Virus record (IMG/VR): IMGVR_UViG_3300025828_004167
Coordinates: 1-64,000 of that record
Length of the DNA stretch: 64,000 nucleotides
Strand: one strand, 5' to 3'
Origin: a virus
Part shown: positions 1 through 8,182 of the stretch, piece by piece
How positions within the stretch are numbered: the stretch's first letter is position 1
Layout: the number at the start of each line of letters is the position of its first letter
The notes under the pieces: generated by a model
Seen by the model: only the letters and a program-made list of their open reading frames with translations
Databases searched by the model: none
What the model was told of the DNA's origin: nothing
Position numbers and translations under genes: made by a program

Positions 1-371
1 GAGAAGGACTGGCCGTTAAGTTTATGAATCATCGTAAAATTAGCGGTCAGTTACCTAACCCGTCTGATATCCTGAGCGGTAAAGTAAGAGATCTAAAAAC
101 AAAAGAAATATCAGCGATGTACTCACTCACAGTTTCGTTGTGCTATGAACTACAACAGGCACACCAGAACGGTGACAAGAAGTGGAACGACATGGCTGAC
201 AGGTTCTTCAACTACATGATGGACAACTTCGAGACTGAGTTGGTTGTGATGGGTGCCAAGATAGCACTCACGAACTACAAACTTCCGTTCGATCCTAGCA
301 AGTTGAAATCATTTGATAGGTTCCATAAGAAGTTTGGCAAGTACGTCATAACTGCTATGGAGTCTAAGTAA
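1..371 (+). CDS. C-terminal part of a MoxR-like AAA+ ATPase (5' truncated by the window edge)
   Basis: The frame is open from the window start (EGLAVKFMNHRK...). The helical C-terminus resembles phage AAA ATPases that precede DUF2201-vWA genes, and it is coupled to the next gene by TAATG. Walker motifs are not in the window. Confidence 0.6.
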   Translation, partial: EGLAVKFMNHRKISGQLPNPSDILSGKVRDLKTKEISAMYSLTVSLCYELQQAHQNGDKKWNDMADRFFNYMMDNFETELVVMGAKIALTNYKLPFDPSKLKSFDRFHKKFGKYVITAMESK

Positions 372-1612
372 TGGACTACAGGGAACAGAAGATCATAGAC
401 AAACTGGTAACGGCGCGGATCGCACTGCTACTGAAACATCCGTTCTTTGGCAACCTGGCCACAAGGTTGAAACTTGTGAACGCGGACGACTGGTGTCCAA
501 CTGCCGGAACAGATGGCAGGCACTTCTTCTACAACACCAAGTTCATAGATTCACTGACTCCAAAGGAGGCCGAGTTCCTGTTCGGACACGAGGTGCTACA
601 CAACGTATTCGAACACATGCTGGTGAGGATAGGTGACAGGGATCCACAACTGTGGAACATAGCGGCGGACTATGCCGTTAACCAGATCCTGAAGGACAGC
701 AACATCGGTGACATGCCGAAAGGTGAGAAGGGCGAGAACAAGGGCTTCCAGGACGACAAGTACAAGGACTGGGCTTCAGAAAGAATATACGACGACCTGT
801 ACAAGACTGCCAAGAAGAACGGTAAGAAGTTCCTGGAGAAACTGGGCGAGCTGATGGATGACCACCAGGAGTGGGGCAAGGGTGACGGTGACTCGAAAGA
901 CAAGGGCGAAGGTGATGGCAAGAAAGGTGGCAAGGGCAGACCCGTGTACACCAAGGAAGAATTGAAGAAGATCAGAGACGAAGTCAAAGAAGCGATGGTA
1001 TCAGCGGCACAGTCAACAGGTGCCAGCAACCTACCAGGCGCATTACAGAGACTGGTATCACAACTCACAGAGCCCAAGATGGACTGGAGGGAGATACTGC
1101 AACAACAGATAATGAGCACCATCAAGTCAGACTACACTTGGATGAGACCCAGCAGGAAATCATGGCACACATCAGCGATACTGCCAGGTCAAAACAATGA
1201 CGAGATGATTGATATATGCTTGGCTCTTGACGCATCAGGATCAATCAGCAACGAACAGTGTACCGAGTTCTTGACAGAAGTTAAAAACATAATGGACCAA
1301 TACAAGGACTTCAGGATACATCTTTGGAGTTTTGACACGGAGGTGTTCAACCCTGTGGTGTTCACACCAGACAACGCAGACGAGTTGTTGGACTACAAAC
1401 TGGGTTCAGGTGGTGGCACGGAGTTCGAGTGCAACTGGAAATACATGAAGGACCAAGGCATAGAGCCCAAGAAGTTCGTGATGTTCACGGACGGTTGGCC
1501 TTTTGATTCATGGGGTGATCCTGACTACTGTGACACAATATTCTTAATCAACAATCCATACGAGAGGGACATAGAGGCCCCGTTTGGACTAACGGTGCAG
1601 TACGATGATTAG
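371..1612 (+). CDS. DUF2201-type putative metallopeptidase with C-terminal vWA domain
   Basis: TAGTDG and HEVLH (HExxH) motifs, WNIAADYAVN, a G/D/K-rich linker, then vWA MIDAS motifs DASGS, GGGT and FTDG. Confidence 0.85.
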   Translation: MDYREQKIIDKLVTARIALLLKHPFFGNLATRLKLVNADDWCPTAGTDGRHFFYNTKFIDSLTPKEAEFLFGHEVLHNVFEHMLVRIGDRDPQLWNIAADYAVNQILKDSNIGDMPKGEKGENKGFQDDKYKDWASERIYDDLYKTAKKNGKKFLEKLGELMDDHQEWGKGDGDSKDKGEGDGKKGGKGRPVYTKEELKKIRDEVKEAMVSAAQSTGASNLPGALQRLVSQLTEPKMDWREILQQQIMSTIKSDYTWMRPSRKSWHTSAILPGQNNDEMIDICLALDASGSISNEQCTEFLTEVKNIMDQYKDFRIHLWSFDTEVFNPVVFTPDNADELLDYKLGSGGGTEFECNWKYMKDQGIEPKKFVMFTDGWPFDSWGDPDYCDTIFLINNPYERDIEAPFGLTVQYDD

Positions 1613-1715
1613 AATACTTTGGGAAACATTCAAGGATTGGTTCCTCAACGAGGTGTCCATATCGATAATGTGCTTTGGCCTGTTGGCGATAGCACTGTGG
1701 AGTTACATCACATGA
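1605..1715 (+). CDS. 36-aa predicted membrane peptide (below the ORF-track cutoff)
   Basis: Hand translation MIRILWETFKDWFLNEVSISIMCFGLLAIALWSYIT. It overlaps the vWA stop and its TGA overlaps the next ATG (ATGA). Confidence 0.6.
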   Translation: MIRILWETFKDWFLNEVSISIMCFGLLAIALWSYIT

Positions 1716-1798
1716 GAAATTTTTTCGAGAACCCGATAGTGTTGGCTGTCATAATCGTCAGCATATCACTGTTGATAATGCAGATAGGGATAGGATAA
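1712..1798 (+). CDS. 28-aa predicted membrane peptide (below the ORF-track cutoff)
   Basis: Hand translation MRNFFENPIVLAVIIVSISLLIMQIGIG. ATGA overlap upstream and TAATG overlap with the next gene. Confidence 0.6.
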   Translation: MRNFFENPIVLAVIIVSISLLIMQIGIG

Positions 1799-2040
1799 TG
1801 AGTGACCTTTGGATAGAAGACGTGGAGTACCACAGGGTTAACCTCACCAAGAGATACACACTGGACGAGGAAGACGTCATAAAGGAATTTGGTTCAGTTG
1901 AGAAGTTCAAGGAACTGTTCGACGCCGAAGACGAACGTGCCAGGCAGTACGTGTACGAGGGCGACTACGAGACTGATGAGGACTGGTGGACCGCAAACAA
2001 GGGTGGATACGAGATAGACACCACCACAAGTTGGGAATAG
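1798..2040 (+). CDS. hypothetical acidic protein, 80 aa
   Basis: Translationally coupled ORF with phage-like codon use. Confidence 0.7.
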   Translation: MSDLWIEDVEYHRVNLTKRYTLDEEDVIKEFGSVEKFKELFDAEDERARQYVYEGDYETDEDWWTANKGGYEIDTTTSWE

Positions 2041-2041
2041 T

Positions 2042-2308
2042 ATGAGGATAAACCCCAACAACTTTTTCGACAGAGAGCTGGACATATTACCACCACACTT
2101 CGTGAACACTGTCGTGAAGGCACACGAGGCCGACGTGGAGATGATGCGTAAATGGATCTACGAGAACTGCTCGGGCCGATACTCAATTACCAAGGATGTC
2201 ATATTCGAGGGTGACACCTCAAGATCTGTCACCGTTCTGGGATTCGAGGAACCCGGAGACCTCACCTTGTTCGCACTCAGCGGGGTGGCTCAGAAGTACT
2301 CAAAATAG
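2042..2308 (+). CDS. hypothetical phage protein, 88 aa
   Basis: Abuts the previous stop; the IRKWI..N..GRY-like motif resembles conserved large-myovirus hypothetical proteins. Confidence 0.7.
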   Translation: MRINPNNFFDRELDILPPHFVNTVVKAHEADVEMMRKWIYENCSGRYSITKDVIFEGDTSRSVTVLGFEEPGDLTLFALSGVAQKYSK

Positions 2309-2311
2309 TCG

Positions 2312-2340
2312 TTGCTCACCATAATTAATTTTAGTATAAT
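2312..2340 (+). promoter_or_regulatory. sigma70-type promoter
   Basis: TTGCTC(2312-2317)-N17-TATAAT(2335-2340) in an AT-rich gap; AGGAG Shine-Dalgarno at about 2368-2372 before ATG 2382. Confidence 0.7.
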
Positions 2341-2381
2341 ATACGTATATTAATACCAATTGCAATTAGGAGAAAAACAAA

Positions 2382-2696
2382 ATGGCAACAAAGAAGAAGA
2401 ACTTGAAGAAGCCAAGCAAGGCATCTGCCAAGCCAAAAGCGGCCGCGCAACCGCAACAGGCATCGGCAGGCACACAGGCTCCACAACCGGATCCAACTGC
2501 CCTGTCTATAGGCGATCTTAAGAATCTCTCAACCATACTTGACGTGGCATCCACCAGGGGCGCGTTCAAGGCCAATGAGATGGCGGGTGTGGGGTTCCTT
2601 TACAACAAACTACAGGCGTTCCTGGCCAAGGTGGCACCGGAACAGAAACCTGAGGATGCTAAGGCAGAAGCACCAGCAACCGAGGAGAAGAAATAA
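2382..2696 (+). CDS. hypothetical phage protein with K/A/P-rich disordered ends
   Basis: Strong SD; core LSIGDLKNLSTILDVASTRGAFKANEM. Confidence 0.8.
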   Translation: MATKKKNLKKPSKASAKPKAAAQPQQASAGTQAPQPDPTALSIGDLKNLSTILDVASTRGAFKANEMAGVGFLYNKLQAFLAKVAPEQKPEDAKAEAPATEEKK

Positions 2697-3250
2697 TGGC
2701 AACACTGATGAACGTGAACAACCAGGCCATGCCAATGGGTGACAACACCGGACAGGCGGGTGACGGACAGACTGGTCCAAAAAGACACTTCAAACACATC
2801 GGAGAGTTAGCGGACGGATCAAAAGCCAAAGTGGTGATCCTGTACAGGACTGTGCCAGGCGAGGCGGACAACTGCCTAGTTGTGGGCACCAAGTTCCTGC
2901 CAGACCTATACCACAATGGTCTAATGAAGGCCGTGGAATCAACAGGCGGACAGGAAGCGGATGAACTGGCAGACTACCTAGGTAGGCAGACCTTTGCGGA
3001 TGGCACCAACATGTTGGCCATGCTACACAACGACAACTACATCAAGAAGTTCAAGACCAAGGACATAATGGTCACTTACGGTAATACCGCAGATGGCAGG
3101 ATCCTATTGAACAAGTTGAACGAGATGATAGCCAAGGAGAAGGGCACCACTGTCAAGGAGATGGCCGCGGATCCAGAGGCTTCCAAGGCACCGGCAAAGA
3201 AAGCCAAAAACAAGAAAGCGGATGCCAAAGAGACAGCCGCCAAAGAATAG
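2696..3250 (+). CDS. conserved hypothetical phage protein, 184 aa
   Basis: TAATG coupling to the upstream gene; K/A-rich C-terminal tail. Confidence 0.8.
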   Translation: MATLMNVNNQAMPMGDNTGQAGDGQTGPKRHFKHIGELADGSKAKVVILYRTVPGEADNCLVVGTKFLPDLYHNGLMKAVESTGGQEADELADYLGRQTFADGTNMLAMLHNDNYIKKFKTKDIMVTYGNTADGRILLNKLNEMIAKEKGTTVKEMAADPEASKAPAKKAKNKKADAKETAAKE

Positions 3251-3566
3251 CACTTGGGTACAGTTGACGAAGGACTTCGTCAAGGAATGGCCGGAGGTTT
3301 TGGAGGGACTACAGTTCCAGAACATGCCGGTCAAGTACCTGATGTATATAAACATAATACTCAAGAATAACATCACCATACATTACGACATAGCCAAAGA
3401 ACTGCGTAAAAAGAAGCAGGCCACGATAGCAAAATTTTTGAAAGAAACTATCGAGGCCAACTACCTCAAGATAAAATCTGTGGACCTAAAATTTGACATA
3501 CCTGCCCTGAAAAGAGACATGGAATCTAGGACTTCATTACTAATGGCCAAGACTTTTAAACGATAG
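3222..3566 (+). CDS. hypothetical phage protein, 114 aa
   Basis: Core motif WPEVLEGL..MPVKYL; converges on the DegT gene with an 11-bp 3' overlap. Confidence 0.7.
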   Translation: MPKRQPPKNSTWVQLTKDFVKEWPEVLEGLQFQNMPVKYLMYINIILKNNITIHYDIAKELRKKKQATIAKFLKETIEANYLKIKSVDLKFDIPALKRDMESRTSLLMAKTFKR

Positions 3567-4629
3567 AATTGAATTTTTTAATCACGTAACCGATCTCGTC
3601 ATCAGTCATCAACGGCCAGCAAGGTAGACTCAAAATTGTGTCCGCGACATGTTCCGTGTTTTCCAAATAATTTTTGCTACTATACACAGGTTGTGCATGA
3701 CAGCCTAAAGGCCACATGACTCCTGTCTGTATGCCGGCATCCTGTAATTTATTTTGAATGGTTAACCTGTCTTTTACTTGTATTGTGTACTGATTGTAGA
3801 CATTCTCACACCAATCTGCTGTCTTTACCATGGTGGTTGTTTTTAATTCTTTGTCGTATACAGAAGCGATGCGTCTCCTGTCCTTGTTGTGTGCATCAAT
3901 TTTAGTGATCATGTGATTCAGCACATTTGCCTGTACGGAATCCAACCTCTCATTCCAACCCAGAATTTCGTGTATATATTTGTCTGTGCGACCGTGATCC
4001 CTGGACATGGATATCCTATCTATATAACTTTGATCGCCAACCACAGCACCACCATCACCAAAGCACCACATGTTCTTGGCAGGATAGAAACTGAAACAGG
4101 TGAGATCATTGTATGTTCCGTTCATTTTGCCTTTGTATTTTCCACCAAAACTCTGAGCGGCATCCTGGACCACTGGAATGTTGCCCGCTATACTTTTGAC
4201 TGTGTCCCAGTCACAGGTGTGTCCAAATATGTCCACTCCAACGATTGCCTTTACATTTTTGTTTGCACTCAATATTTCTGCCAAATGATCCGTGTCAATG
4301 GTGTAGTTTTCCTTGTTGCAGTCGGCCCAAATTATTTCAAGTCCCAACTTACTTGCCATCTCTGGTGTGCTAATGAATGTGAAACTTGGAATGACTACCT
4401 TGTCTCCGGGGTTCAATCCAAGGCATTCATAAGCCAAAAGTAGAGCACTCGTACCACTGCTAACTCCAACGGCGGGAGCACCGCAGTACCTGGCTAGGTT
4501 CTTCTCGAATTCTTCAACCTTTGGTCCTTTGATGAACCAACTATTATCAATGCAGTCTTGCACGGCTTTGTCTAATTCTGCCTTTGACTCTTGATATATC
4601 CTGTTTAAATTTGCGTAGGGGACTTCCAT
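3556..4629 (-). CDS. DegT/DnrJ/EryC1/StrS family PLP-dependent sugar aminotransferase (DesV/FdtB-like)
   Basis: SSGTSAL, PSFTFIST, DAAQSFG, FSFYPAKN (PLP lysine), GDGGAV, GWNERLD and LSLP motifs. Confidence 0.92.
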   Translation of the reverse strand: MEVPYANLNRIYQESKAELDKAVQDCIDNSWFIKGPKVEEFEKNLARYCGAPAVGVSSGTSALLLAYECLGLNPGDKVVIPSFTFISTPEMASKLGLEIIWADCNKENYTIDTDHLAEILSANKNVKAIVGVDIFGHTCDWDTVKSIAGNIPVVQDAAQSFGGKYKGKMNGTYNDLTCFSFYPAKNMWCFGDGGAVVGDQSYIDRISMSRDHGRTDKYIHEILGWNERLDSVQANVLNHMITKIDAHNKDRRRIASVYDKELKTTTMVKTADWCENVYNQYTIQVKDRLTIQNKLQDAGIQTGVMWPLGCHAQPVYSSKNYLENTEHVADTILSLPCWPLMTDDEIGYVIKKFNSIV

Positions 4630-5807
4630 TTATTCTCTAATTCTTGTTTCCAATCTAGGCCTTGTGCTTTATATTGTTTCGCTTCGTGTATTAACAAAGT
4701 GGTTGTGTGATCAAAGGCATCAAGAAAACCCACATCAAAAGGTTGTGCTTTGATCCCGGGTCCTTGCAGATGCTGTCTAACGATGTCAGTGACATTGGAG
4801 TTTTTGATGTTTCCAATGATATACCGATCACTGCCTGGTCTATCAAGGAAACCGGTCTCATGGTAAACATAAAGGTTACCCAAACTGTCTATGGATGTCG
4901 CTATCTGTGGCCACCCATGTCGGTCCATTTGTTCGTGCGTGGACATCTTGATAGGACCTGTTGGGTTGCCGTGTCTTACTGAGTGCAAGGCATAGCCATA
5001 GTCTATATGCACATCCGTGTGTTGTTCCACTTCAAGGAAAATCTTATGTAATTTTTCACGTTCCTCATCTGATATGTAGTTGTTGGATTGGGAGAAATCC
5101 TCCCTCAATGTTACAAATGATATCTTGAAATCAGACACACTGTTAATGTCTTTTATCATTCGGAACACACTTCTCACGTCTTCACTGTGCCCTGGCAGTA
5201 TTATCCAATTCACTCCTAATTTTATCTTGCTTCCTGTTGTTGGAACTTTTCTACAGAAGTCCTTTAGGTTCCTGGTAACGATATCAAATGCTTTTTTATT
5301 CTTTGTTACCCTGTAGTAACTTTCCTGGTCATGGCCATATAGGCTTATGCGCATGACTTCTAGATCCAGAATGCCGTGTTGCTTTTCCAAAAAATTTTCA
5401 GACAGAGCATAGCCATTGGTGTACATCTGCATCTTGAATCCTTTGCTGTTGCCGTAACTAATGATCTTGCCTATGTGTGGATTTGTAAGCGGTTCCAGTC
5501 CACCGCTTATCCTAAATCTATCCTGCCAGAATTTTCCTTCCTTGGGATCTTGGTCGATGACCTGTTTGAATACTTCGAAACTATTATCTATGTCCTCCGA
5601 CTGATATTTCGCATTGTAGTTCCTGCCACAGAAAGTGCAGAAGAACTGACAGGTCATTCCCGGATACAAGCCAATCCTGTTAGGGTAAGCGTATGTTCCC
5701 TCCACTGCGTGTTCCAGTGAACCATTGTTCAATAATGGACTAATTGTATTGTTCCAATATCTGTTTGATTCTATTTGATCTTTTTCGTGTTTGTATCCTA
5801 ACCTCAT
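4605..5807 (-). CDS. DesII-like radical SAM enzyme (TDP-4-amino-4,6-dideoxyglucose ammonia-lyase family)
   Basis: GLYPGMTCQFFCTFC (CxxxCxxC), SGGLEPLTNP, YTNGYAL, RISLYG and LREDF match my recollection of Streptomyces DesII; adjacent to a DegT aminotransferase. Confidence 0.75.
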   Translation of the reverse strand: MRLGYKHEKDQIESNRYWNNTISPLLNNGSLEHAVEGTYAYPNRIGLYPGMTCQFFCTFCGRNYNAKYQSEDIDNSFEVFKQVIDQDPKEGKFWQDRFRISGGLEPLTNPHIGKIISYGNSKGFKMQMYTNGYALSENFLEKQHGILDLEVMRISLYGHDQESYYRVTKNKKAFDIVTRNLKDFCRKVPTTGSKIKLGVNWIILPGHSEDVRSVFRMIKDINSVSDFKISFVTLREDFSQSNNYISDEEREKLHKIFLEVEQHTDVHIDYGYALHSVRHGNPTGPIKMSTHEQMDRHGWPQIATSIDSLGNLYVYHETGFLDRPGSDRYIIGNIKNSNVTDIVRQHLQGPGIKAQPFDVGFLDAFDHTTTLLIHEAKQYKAQGLDWKQELENKWKSPTQI

Positions 5808-5815
5808 ATGATTGT

Positions 5816-7108
5816 TTATCCGTGCCTGTCCTCGAAGTATTTTTTTATCCAGTCGAAATCATAACTGCTATAGGGATCGTTGCCCTGCTCTAGGAACTCT
5901 ACGGCATCCAGCGCACCCTTATTGACCCATTCCGCGTTGTCGCCATTGCCTAACGTTAACCATTTTTTCAACCTATATGTGCTTTCCACAGTTGGCTTCT
6001 GCAACTTCAACTTGATTACTTCCCTGAACGCGGTCCTCCAGGCCAACAACGGGGTCTCGTCGAGGTTATTGACAGCACTCAACGTTGGTACTGACTGCAC
6101 CGGTTGGGATAGTGTGAAATCCAATCCCGGCTTGGTTGTTTCTAACACTAATCTTTTATTGTATAGTATGACTCCGTCATGTCCGTACGTGCAGTCAATT
6201 ACACTGTTGTAACAGTCAAAAATGTAATGGCATGGGTGCTTGAGTCTGTCTGGTTGGAAATCAAACTTGAAATCATCTACTACATCAATTTTTGGAAATA
6301 CGGCGAAGAAGTAGTCGGTCTTGCTCATCATCGCGGCCGTCATGTAGGCCAGTGTCTGCCCTTGGACATTCCTGCACCACTGCGTCCTTGGAAATTTGCT
6401 TTTCAGTCTGTTATACCTTTTCTCAGCGCCTGGTTCGTCATATGATATGAATATTATGTCCATGGGTTTAATAGCGTATTGTAGATCAAAGTTCACGTTC
6501 CTGTCTATGTCATAGAATTGTTTCAACCCCTGCCTGTGTGGCACCATCATGATGTCTTTGGTTTGTCCCCATGTGTAAACCTTTTCATCCTCCCAGAAAC
6601 TAGGATAGAAGTCTGGAAGATCTTGATCTTTTAGATCTTTGTTGATCAACCACTGATAGAAAATTTTATTTTTGTAGTATGATTCATAAGGATCACCTAA
6701 CTTGAAATAGGTTTTAGAAATGGGCCTTTGGAAAAGCGTTTCGTGTGGATGATAATTTATGTCTTTGAAATCTCTGAGAAACTTTAAATCTTTCATCTGT
6801 TCCTTGAATTTTTTTGTGGGTATCAACATGACATTCCCTTCTTTGTTGAGTCCTCCCATGGGATGGGTGGTGTACCATACGTGTATCTGGTCACGCTCGT
6901 GCTGTTCAGGAATGTAATCTAGGTCGATGTCGTCTAGTTTGACGAAATTTGAAAAGAACCAGAAGTATTCTGTCTTGACATCACCAACCACAGACTTGAG
7001 GATGTTGAAGTAACTATCGATGAATGGTACAACACGGGTGTTCGCTAGGGGCGATTCTATGTGAGTTGTGTTTTTAAATTTTACCTGTATACTGTCGAAT
7101 CCAGTCAT
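5816..7108 (-). CDS. glycosyltransferase-like protein (two GT-A-like halves, degenerate DxD)
   Basis: C-terminal DIIFISYDEP...YGHDGV...AWRTAFREVIKL; paralogous to 22068..22970. Confidence 0.55.
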   Translation of the reverse strand: MTGFDSIQVKFKNTTHIESPLANTRVVPFIDSYFNILKSVVGDVKTEYFWFFSNFVKLDDIDLDYIPEQHERDQIHVWYTTHPMGGLNKEGNVMLIPTKKFKEQMKDLKFLRDFKDINYHPHETLFQRPISKTYFKLGDPYESYYKNKIFYQWLINKDLKDQDLPDFYPSFWEDEKVYTWGQTKDIMMVPHRQGLKQFYDIDRNVNFDLQYAIKPMDIIFISYDEPGAEKRYNRLKSKFPRTQWCRNVQGQTLAYMTAAMMSKTDYFFAVFPKIDVVDDFKFDFQPDRLKHPCHYIFDCYNSVIDCTYGHDGVILYNKRLVLETTKPGLDFTLSQPVQSVPTLSAVNNLDETPLLAWRTAFREVIKLKLQKPTVESTYRLKKWLTLGNGDNAEWVNKGALDAVEFLEQGNDPYSSYDFDWIKKYFEDRHG

Positions 7109-8033
7109 AGTAACTTTCTAGTCCTTGCCTTAGAGAGAACAGGGGTTTATAACCTAAAAGATCCCTAGCTCTGCTGATGTCCAGAGTGCCACGCATCGGA
7201 TACAATTTGTGCATGCCTATGTCTTTGAGTTCTGACTTGCTCCCAGTTATGTCTATGATGGTCTCCGCCAGCGTCCGGAGGCTTGTGGCGTTTCCCGCCG
7301 TTATGTTGAAACTAGTGTTGGACACCTCTGAGATTGCGGCCTTGATTATGCCATAAGCGGCATCCTGTCTGTATGTGAAGTCCACCTTGTTGTCGCCATT
7401 GTGTAACGTGATGACATCATTGTTCATGGCCCTCTCGAAGAACTTGGATACCACCCTGTCAGGGAGATCGCCTGGCCCGTACACGCCACTGGGTCTAACT
7501 ATCACGTAGTTTAGACCGTCCCGCTGAGCGAACAGTTTGGTCATTCTCTCACCTGTGAGTTTGGCCTCACCGTATATGTTTTGTGGTCTTGTTATGGAAT
7601 CCTCACGAGTGCCATCCTTGAAGTCTCCGTACACCATGCTACTGCTGATGTACACAAATTTCTTGGCGCCAAACTTTGATGCGTGCCATAGTAGATTAGT
7701 TGTGGTATCTATGACTTTAGGTATGCCCAGTATGGGATCCTCGTCCACTATCTTGGCACGTGGATACGTGGCCATATGTATCACGATGTCTGGCGCTGTC
7801 TTAAATGCCCTCAGGCACACATCGCGATCAAGCAGGTCACCGTTGATCACAGAAACGTTCTTGTGGTCCCAGTGACGGGTTCTCCAGGCTATGAGCTTGT
7901 TCAACTCCACAGGCGATATTATACCGTATGTGTCCTTGTTGTCCACACAGATGATGCTGTGCCCTTCCTGTGATAATTTTTCTATGATCTTAGTCCCTAT
8001 GAATCCCAGTCCGCCAGTTATTAAAAATTTCAT
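7074..8033 (-). CDS. NAD-dependent epimerase/dehydratase (extended SDR)
   Basis: ITGGLGFIG Rossmann motif, ISSSMVYG, YGEAK (YxxxK), VRPSGVYGP, DFTY. Confidence 0.92.
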   Translation of the reverse strand: MKFLITGGLGFIGTKIIEKLSQEGHSIICVDNKDTYGIISPVELNKLIAWRTRHWDHKNVSVINGDLLDRDVCLRAFKTAPDIVIHMATYPRAKIVDEDPILGIPKVIDTTTNLLWHASKFGAKKFVYISSSMVYGDFKDGTREDSITRPQNIYGEAKLTGERMTKLFAQRDGLNYVIVRPSGVYGPGDLPDRVVSKFFERAMNNDVITLHNGDNKVDFTYRQDAAYGIIKAAISEVSNTSFNITAGNATSLRTLAETIIDITGSKSELKDIGMHKLYPMRGTLDISRARDLLGYKPLFSLRQGLESYYDWIRQYTGKI

Positions 8034-8182
8034 TAGAATTCCTTCTTTACACCCACAGTTGGATTTTCAACACAACTGTCAGTTATATCTTTAATTGATT
8101 CTTTATCCATATCTATGCTACAACTGGCCGAGGGTTTAATTCCGCAACCAACTAACAATAATAACACAATTAGGTATCTCAT
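8033..8182 (-). CDS. 49-aa predicted lipoprotein (below the ORF-track cutoff)
   Basis: Hand translation MRYLIVLLLLVGCGIKPSASCSIDMDKESIKDITDSCVENPTVGVKKEF. Lipobox LVG-C; ATGA and TAATG coupling to both neighbours. Confidence 0.7.
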   Translation of the reverse strand: MRYLIVLLLLVGCGIKPSASCSIDMDKESIKDITDSCVENPTVGVKKEF

